From: Patescibacteria group bacterium UBA4787
Lineage (GTDB): Bacteria; Patescibacteriota; Patescibacteriia; UBA2591; UBA4787
Assembly: GCA_002402995.1 (NCBI GenBank)
Contig: DHGX01000003.1
Span: 82,309 to 146,308 of the forward strand
Reading direction: 5' to 3'
DNA length: 64,000 bases
Position numbers and translations under genes: made by a program. This document shows positions 57,977 to 64,000 of the stretch, piece after piece; the first letter of the stretch is position 1; each line of letters starts with the position of its first letter. The notes under the pieces were generated by a model. That model had not been told where the DNA came from. It did no database searches and saw only the letters and a list, made by a program, of their open reading frames with translations.

Positions 57977-59071
57977 ATGAACAAAACAGTCAAAGCTCTA
58001 ATTTTGGTCGCGGCGGGCTTAGTTGTAAGTATTTTATTTTGGCGGCAAACATTTTTACTCTTCAGTCCCCAGACCACCAACTTTCTGAATTGTTTAATCG
58101 GTTTCGGCGTTTTATTTATCATTTTCTTGGCGGTGCAAGGGTTAATAATGGTGATAGTTCGTAATCGTTTATTCGTGTATTTAGAATTTTTACTCTCAGG
58201 CGCGTCGGTAATTTTATTTTTTCATTTTTCGTTAATCTATATTTGCGCTTTAGTAATATTTTTTGTTTGTTTCGTTCTTGGTTATGAGCTGGTTAATCTG
58301 GAGGCCAAAAAATATGTCAAAGTGTTTTTTAACCGCATTATGAAAAGAGGGATGTTGTTTATGATTCTTGCTTTATCTTTATCGCTCAGCTTCGTTTTTT
58401 ATTTGAACGATCCTCTAATGAGCTCACAACAAGATCAAAAAATTGTCATACCTGACAACTTCATTAAAATTGTTCCCCCGTCTTTGCTCGGCGGTATTTT
58501 CGGCAAAATGGTTCCTTTGTATCAGCCCGGTATGACCGTGGATGAATTTATTTCCGCTTCTTTGCTTCAGCAAGGCCTTAGTTCGACTGGAAAAAATCAA
58601 ATTAATTCGCAAGCGGTTCCGCCAGAGATATTGAATCAGATTAAAAAAATAACCGGCAATGACAATTTGGACATAAATATCCTTTTGAAGAACGAACAAG
58701 TTAAAAAATTGTTGGAAGGAGAGCTTTCCAAACAACTTCAGGGTCCCGCTTCCGCTATGCTAACCGAACAGAAAAAAGCGCTGAGCAAGCAATTTGGTTT
58801 TGAAATTAACGGCCAAGACAAAATAGAAAACGTTTTGTCTAAATTTGCCGCCGCTAAATTAAACGCCATTTTGTCTCCTTTATTAGGAACGCACCAAAAA
58901 GAGCTCTCTATTCTTTTGGCTGTCATTTTCTTTTTGGTTGTTTTCAGTATTTTTGCCACAATTGCTTTTCTCGGTATTTGGGTGGCGAAGATTTTATTTT
59001 CGTTTTTGCGGTTAATCAGTTTTGTGAAAATCGAAAAAGCCCAAAAAGAAGTAGAAGAATTAAGTTTATAA
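57977..59071 (+). CDS. Multi-pass membrane protein
   Basis: About five N-terminal TMs, a soluble loop and a C-terminal TM. Confidence 0.75.
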   Translation: MNKTVKALILVAAGLVVSILFWRQTFLLFSPQTTNFLNCLIGFGVLFIIFLAVQGLIMVIVRNRLFVYLEFLLSGASVILFFHFSLIYICALVIFFVCFVLGYELVNLEAKKYVKVFFNRIMKRGMLFMILALSLSLSFVFYLNDPLMSSQQDQKIVIPDNFIKIVPPSLLGGIFGKMVPLYQPGMTVDEFISASLLQQGLSSTGKNQINSQAVPPEILNQIKKITGNDNLDINILLKNEQVKKLLEGELSKQLQGPASAMLTEQKKALSKQFGFEINGQDKIENVLSKFAAAKLNAILSPLLGTHQKELSILLAVIFFLVVFSIFATIAFLGIWVAKILFSFLRLISFVKIEKAQKEVEELSL

Positions 59072-59074
59072 TAA

Positions 59075-60211
59075 ATGGCCAAAGATTATTACCAAAGTTT
59101 GGGTGTTGATAAAAAAGCTTCCGCTGATGAAATCAAGCGGGTTTTTCGCGATTTAGCGCAAAAATATCATCCGGATAAACCTGGCGGAGACGCGCGAAAA
59201 TTTAAGGAAATTAATGAGGCCTATCAAATTCTTTCTGATCCTGCCAAGCGCGCCCAATACGATCAATACGGCAACGCTTTTGAACAAGCGCGATCGCAAG
59301 GACAATCGGGTTTTGATAATTTCAACGAATGGATGAACTATCGTTCAGCCGGAGGTTTCGGCGGCGATCAAGGATTTTCTTTTAACTTCGGCGGGGACGA
59401 ATTTGATCTCGGTGATATTTTTGGCGATATTTTCGGTTTCGGAGGCGGAGCCGCATCCAGAACCGGCAAATCTTCAAGGCGAAGAAAGGGCAGCGACTTG
59501 GAGATCGTTTTAAATTTAGAATTTAAAGAAGCAATTTTCGGCGCGGAAAAAGAAATAAGCGTTGAGCGTTATGAAAAATGCAGAAATTGCGACGGGAGCG
59601 GCGCTGATCCGCACGGTAAAATTATTACTTGCCCGACCTGTAAAGGCGCCGGCCAAGTAATGACCATTAAAAGAACTTTCTTGGGACAAATGCAAAGCGT
59701 GGCTACTTGCCCTGACTGCCATGGCGAGGGCAAAAAAGCGGAAAAGTCCTGCAAAGAGTGCCGCGGCGACGGACGGATTAAAACAAAAGAAAAATTAACG
59801 GTTAAAATTCCGGCCGGCATCGACGATAAGCAGGCGATTCGTTTAAGCGGCAAGGGCAATGTCGGTCAAAAAGGAGGCGTGAGCGGTGATTTATATGTTA
59901 TTGTGCGCGTGGCGCAAGATAAATATTTTACCCGCGAAGAAAATAATTTATATTCCGAACAAGAAATTTCTATCAGCCAGGCGGTTTTAGGCGATCAAAT
60001 TAAAGTTAAAACCATTGATGGCGAGGTCGTTTTAAAAATTCCAGCTGGCACGACATCAGGCTCAGTTTTTAAGTTGCGCGAAAAAGGCGTGCCGTATTTG
60101 GACAGCCGCGAGCGAGGCGATCATTTGGTGACCGTTAACATTAATATTCCCAAACATCTTAATCACAAACAAAAAGAATTATTGGAAGAGCTCAAGAAAA
60201 TAGGGATGTAG
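59075..60211 (+). CDS. dnaJ: Chaperone DnaJ
   Basis: HPD motif, G/F region, four CxxCxGxG repeats. Confidence 0.97.
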   Translation: MAKDYYQSLGVDKKASADEIKRVFRDLAQKYHPDKPGGDARKFKEINEAYQILSDPAKRAQYDQYGNAFEQARSQGQSGFDNFNEWMNYRSAGGFGGDQGFSFNFGGDEFDLGDIFGDIFGFGGGAASRTGKSSRRRKGSDLEIVLNLEFKEAIFGAEKEISVERYEKCRNCDGSGADPHGKIITCPTCKGAGQVMTIKRTFLGQMQSVATCPDCHGEGKKAEKSCKECRGDGRIKTKEKLTVKIPAGIDDKQAIRLSGKGNVGQKGGVSGDLYVIVRVAQDKYFTREENNLYSEQEISISQAVLGDQIKVKTIDGEVVLKIPAGTTSGSVFKLREKGVPYLDSRERGDHLVTVNINIPKHLNHKQKELLEELKKIGM

Positions 60212-60301
60212 ATTAAATATAGAATTTAGCCCTGCACCACGTGGGGTGCTGGGCTACCCCGAACCCGGCGTGGTTCGGGGTAGAAAATAGAATTTTTTGA
60301 T

Positions 60302-60416
60302 TTGACATTTTCGTTAAAATCTATTACCGTTTAACATAGATCATTACAATTCCTGTTTAATTCTTCGCAAACAGCGAAGGATTATTTAACAGGACAAATA
60401 ACAAACCAAAAGGAGG
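60302..60416 (+). promoter_or_regulatory. Promoter + boxA-like motif + hairpin + SD
   Basis: TTGACA-17-TACCGT, AGATCATTAC(60338-60347), hairpin TCCTGTTTAAT...ATTTAACAGGA, AAGGAGG. Confidence 0.65.
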
Positions 60417-60424
60417 AACTGCTC

Positions 60425-61168
60425 ATGAAAAATCATGAGACTGTCCTTATCCCGAGCGTTGGTCAGTTGCTCGAGCTTTCGGCCGCTGTGTTAAAACAGC
60501 TGCCGAAAGATTTACTCCCCGAGGAAGCGCAATACTGGATTGGCCATCAGAGCAGGTTAGGCGAAGTTTTACGGCAGGCGCTAAAAATCAGCTCGCAGGA
60601 TGATCTTTACTGGGGTGGTCTTGGTCTCTCGAACCATCGGTGGTTCCTTACCCGTGAAGTCCAGCTCTCCCGTTTAATCCAGCTCGGGTATCCCGAAGCC
60701 GCTGGCATGACCAAAGAAGCGTTCACCAAACTCATTCCGATTCCCGAGGACAAGGAGGGCGCGCTCTTGGTCGTCCCAGCCAATATCATTTCCATCGACA
60801 AGCAGATGAAACTGATCGGTGGCAGGAATAACCTTAATCTCAACAGCCTCAAGGACACCGTGTTAACACACGATACGCCTTACTGGATTTACGGCGTGGA
60901 AAACGGCAAGAAGATGTTGGGCAAATCACCCGACACCTGCGTTCAGGACTTCGCCAAACAACGTCGCGGTTTAACCGCGGTCGAAGGATCCAATCTCATC
61001 GCTCAATACCCAGACGTCTTGAAAGATCACTATATTGATCTTCCGGGCTCTCGGTCTGGTGCGGACCGCGTGCCTTGCCTCTTCCTCTACTTTGGCAGGC
61101 CCAGGCTGTGCTGCAATTTATCCGGCTATGCCAACTCCAACTATGGTTCTGCTTCCTGCCTACGCTAA
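60425..61168 (+). CDS. DUF5701/C-type-lectin-fold-like protein, candidate DGR target
   Basis: GLTAVEG...LPGSR...RVPCL...RPRL...ANSNYGSAS C-terminus. Confidence 0.65.
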   Translation: MKNHETVLIPSVGQLLELSAAVLKQLPKDLLPEEAQYWIGHQSRLGEVLRQALKISSQDDLYWGGLGLSNHRWFLTREVQLSRLIQLGYPEAAGMTKEAFTKLIPIPEDKEGALLVVPANIISIDKQMKLIGGRNNLNLNSLKDTVLTHDTPYWIYGVENGKKMLGKSPDTCVQDFAKQRRGLTAVEGSNLIAQYPDVLKDHYIDLPGSRSGADRVPCLFLYFGRPRLCCNLSGYANSNYGSASCLR

Positions 61169-61216
61169 AGCTTCGGCAAGGCAAGCCTGCCTACGCTAAA
61201 GCTTCGGCAAGGCAGG
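61155..61216. repeat. Two tandem 31-bp palindromic units inserted in the last codons of the gene
   Basis: CCTGCCTACGCTAAAGCTTCGGCAAGGCA(A/G)G twice; removal restores ...GCT TCT TGT GGG AGT TAA. Confidence 0.85.
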
Positions 61217-61262
61217 CTTGTGGGAGTTAAGGAAATTTGGTTTTTGGCCTTTGGAAAATTGG

Positions 61263-61300
61263 AAAAGCCCCAACACAAAAAGTGTTGGGGCTTCTTTTTT
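61263..61300 (+). terminator. Intrinsic terminator
   Basis: AAGCCCCAACAC-AAAAA-GTGTTGGGGCTT followed by a T-run. Confidence 0.8.
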
Positions 61301-61651
61301 TCTGAATTCGGCGTATTATGAAAATTAGGTTAATGCATCCTAAATCATAGTTTAGCCATAATTTATGAGCGAGGACGTCAAACAAAAGTCTTCTTTTGAT
61401 TTGACTCCGAACGAAGAAATTTCAAGCTTCGCTTATAATTTTGAACATGATTTGGCCTTGTTTTGAATTAAAGGTTTGCTATAATTGGTGAGCGGAGGAA
61501 CAGGCAAAAAGAATTTTTGTCTGATTCCGTAGCGAGCCAATTTCACTCGCGAAGCGAGTATAATAAAAACACCAATCTACGCTTTTATTTTTTTGTTTAT
61601 TTTTATTCGCAATTCTACATTCTATCTTCTAATTTCTAATTTCTACATGGT

Positions 61652-62206
61652 ATGCCCATTGATACTAATCTGGTAAACGAGGCTTTAAACAAGGGAACCG
61701 AGGGCATTAACACGGTTTCCCAACAGGTCAATAAAATCAATTGGTCAGCACCCACCTGGGATTTGTTTATTTTTGTTTTTTTTGTCGCCTTAGTTTTCCT
61801 TTTTATTTTTTCCCTTAATCGCGATAAAATTTTTATCACTATTTTAGGCGTTTATATTATCATCGGCTTATTGAATTTGGTGCCGATTTTGCGAGATTGG
61901 TATTTCAAAGAGGACAATGTATTTTTCGTCTGGAAAATTGTTTTATTTTTAGCATTGACCGCTTCTTTCAGCGCGCTTTTAGGCCGAGTGGTTAGTTTGC
62001 AGCTAAGAGGCGGAGTGGTGTTCTTTGTTATTCTAAGTATTCTTCAGGCGGGATTGCTTCTTAGTTTAATATTATCTTTTGTGCCCTTGGATATTGTAAA
62101 ATATTTAAGCAAATTTACTCAAAACGTATTTTTATCGGATTTCGGCAAATTAGGTTGGGATATTTTGCCGATCCTCGGTGTTTTATTTATTCGGAAAAAG
62201 ATTTAA
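61652..62206 (+). CDS. Membrane protein
   Basis: APTWDLFIFVFF followed by about 5 TMs. Confidence 0.75.
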   Translation: MPIDTNLVNEALNKGTEGINTVSQQVNKINWSAPTWDLFIFVFFVALVFLFIFSLNRDKIFITILGVYIIIGLLNLVPILRDWYFKEDNVFFVWKIVLFLALTASFSALLGRVVSLQLRGGVVFFVILSILQAGLLLSLILSFVPLDIVKYLSKFTQNVFLSDFGKLGWDILPILGVLFIRKKI

Positions 62207-62250
62207 CCAATAATTTTGATTTTTACATTTTGATTTTTTAATTTATTTTA

Positions 62251-63480
62251 ATGTCGCCTTTTAATATCAGTATTAATTTATCCGCTGTTTCCGATTTTTT
62301 TTCTACCTTATTCAACTTAAACCCCATACAGGTTGTTTTATTATTTTTGGTTTACGGCGGCTGGATAATTGTTTTGATTTTTCTGTGGCATCCACTGGAA
62401 GAATTTTGGCTTAAATATATTCAAGGAAAGTTTTCCGAGAAACAAAGATTTATCTTATTGTCTATTTCCGTGCCAAAAAATAACGAACAAGGACCGGAGG
62501 CAGTAGAAAGATTATTTTCTAATATGTCGGGAATCGGTTCCAAGCCTAATTGGTATGACAAATATGTTGAGGGGAAATTTCAGCTATCGATGTCTTTTGA
62601 ATTGATCAGCGTGGGTGGACAGATTCAATATTTGATTCATACGCCGGTTCAATGGCGGAGCATGATTGAATCAGCCATTTACGCTTCTTATCCGGACGCG
62701 GAAGTGAAAGAAATAGACGATTATACAAAAAATGGGCCAGAAGAATTTCCTTCTACCGAATGGCGGATGAAAGGCGCGGATTTAATTTTATACGCGCCTA
62801 ATCCTTATCCGATTAGGACTTATCCGGCTTTTGAACATCCTTTAACCGGCGAAATTAAAGATCCCTTGGCGCATTTATTAGAATTTTTAACCACCCTAAC
62901 CACTGGAGAGCAGTTTTGGCTTCAGATTATTGCTAAGCCAACCGGTTCTTCTTGGAAAAAAGAAGGCGAAGCGTTGGTAACCGAATTAATGGCCAAAAAA
63001 CAGGCCAAGAAAGTGACGAGCGAGGACGAAGGAGCCACTTTTATTCAGATGTCTCCTGGTCAACGCCGGATTGTTGATTCCATTGAAATGAAGATCGCCA
63101 AAACTGGTTTCGATGTCAAAATCAGATTTATTTATTTAGCCAAGGCAGAAGTTTTTAATCCGGGTAAAGGCGTAGCGGGTTTTCTGGGCGCGCTTAATCA
63201 GTTTAATACATTAGATATGAATGGGTTTAAAACGCACAATAGCTTTAAGGTAGGAACGTATTATATTTTTAAAAAACACAGGACTAATAAAATCAGTAAT
63301 AGAATTTTGAGCGCCTATCGAGAACGAAGCAGTTGGCAGGGCGGTCCAACCTGCGTTTTAAACATTGAAGAGCTGGCCAGTATTTACCATTTTCCGGTTA
63401 TCACCGTCGGAGCGCCTTTAATTAAGAAGACGAGCAGCAAAAAAGCCGAACCCCCGTTTAATTTACCGAGAGCCAGTTAA
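62251..63480 (+). CDS. Membrane-anchored CPR-type protein resembling the N-terminal region of VirD4/TraG-like proteins, without the ATPase domain
   Basis: LLSISVPK, SFELIS, IYASYPDAEV, YPIRTY..F, LNIEELASIYHFP. Confidence 0.6.
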   Translation: MSPFNISINLSAVSDFFSTLFNLNPIQVVLLFLVYGGWIIVLIFLWHPLEEFWLKYIQGKFSEKQRFILLSISVPKNNEQGPEAVERLFSNMSGIGSKPNWYDKYVEGKFQLSMSFELISVGGQIQYLIHTPVQWRSMIESAIYASYPDAEVKEIDDYTKNGPEEFPSTEWRMKGADLILYAPNPYPIRTYPAFEHPLTGEIKDPLAHLLEFLTTLTTGEQFWLQIIAKPTGSSWKKEGEALVTELMAKKQAKKVTSEDEGATFIQMSPGQRRIVDSIEMKIAKTGFDVKIRFIYLAKAEVFNPGKGVAGFLGALNQFNTLDMNGFKTHNSFKVGTYYIFKKHRTNKISNRILSAYRERSSWQGGPTCVLNIEELASIYHFPVITVGAPLIKKTSSKKAEPPFNLPRAS

Positions 63481-63600
63481 AATCTTGAAACTTGAAGCGC
63501 GAAGCGCAAAGTGAAAAGTGCAAAGCGAAAACCGTAAAACTCAAAAGTTCAGGTCAATTTTCAATTTCCAATTATCAATTTGAGCTTTAAATTATTATCC

Positions 63601-64000
63601 ATGCTTTTAAATAAGCGTTTCAAAAACGGAATTAAATTATTAGCGATACCAACCAAAGGCACGGAAGCCGTCAGTGTTTTAGTTTTGGCGCGCGTTGGTT
63701 CGCGCTACGAAAAACAATCTTTAAACGGCGCTTCGCATTTCATAGAACACATGTTTTTTAAGGGCACCAAAAAGAGACCCGACAATTTATCAATCGCCCG
63801 TGTTTTAGATGGAGTCGGCGCCGAATATAACGCTTTTACCGCCAAAGATCACACGGGTTATTGGATTAAGGTTGACAAAAATAAATTAGAAATAGCCCTT
63901 GATGTTTTATCGGATATAATTTTTAATTCTGTTTTCGAAAAAAAATCTTTTGAAAAAGAGCGGAGAGTGATAATGGAAGAAATAAAAATGTACGAGGATA
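63601..64000 (+). CDS. M16 (pitrilysin-family) peptidase, partial
   Basis: GSRYE...GASHFIEHMFFKGT...NAFT. Confidence 0.9.
   Translation, partial: MLLNKRFKNGIKLLAIPTKGTEAVSVLVLARVGSRYEKQSLNGASHFIEHMFFKGTKKRPDNLSIARVLDGVGAEYNAFTAKDHTGYWIKVDKNKLEIALDVLSDIIFNSVFEKKSFEKERRVIMEEIKMYED

Overview
AT-rich, gene-dense chromosomal window from a Patescibacteria (CPR, Parcubacteria-like) bacterium; the assignment is inferred from gene content and SD-less housekeeping starts. Core genes: rpsF-ssb-rpsR, efp, rarA, queH, ileS, rpsO, pnp, nrdG, prfB with a +1 frameshift, glmS, and a CIRCE-led hrcA-grpE-hsp20-dnaK-dnaJ cluster. Also present: two large surface proteins flanking an ECF sigma/anti-sigma pair, a form II/III-type RuBisCO, and an island downstream of tRNA-His (Doc-type TA pair, type IV pilus/T2SS-like cluster, serine-recombinase remnant). 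The most unusual signals are non-coding. (1) A group of small CC...GG terminal-inverted-repeat elements: one carries an intact GIY-YIG gene and another a GIY-YIG remnant, six are 132-137 bp with unrelated interiors, and they sit on TATG start codons or against TTGAC -35 boxes. (2) Nine stand-alone accessory units share the leader TTGAC-16/17-TAnnnT + boxA-like motif + Shine-Dalgarno, unlike the core genes. (3) cctgcccgc...gcaggcggg hairpin inserts contain a second version of what they interrupt: a tRNA-Arg nested in a tRNA-Arg, and two alternative RarA C-termini. (4) A probable DGR target gene with no reverse transcriptase in the window. All calls are by eye; no database searches were run.
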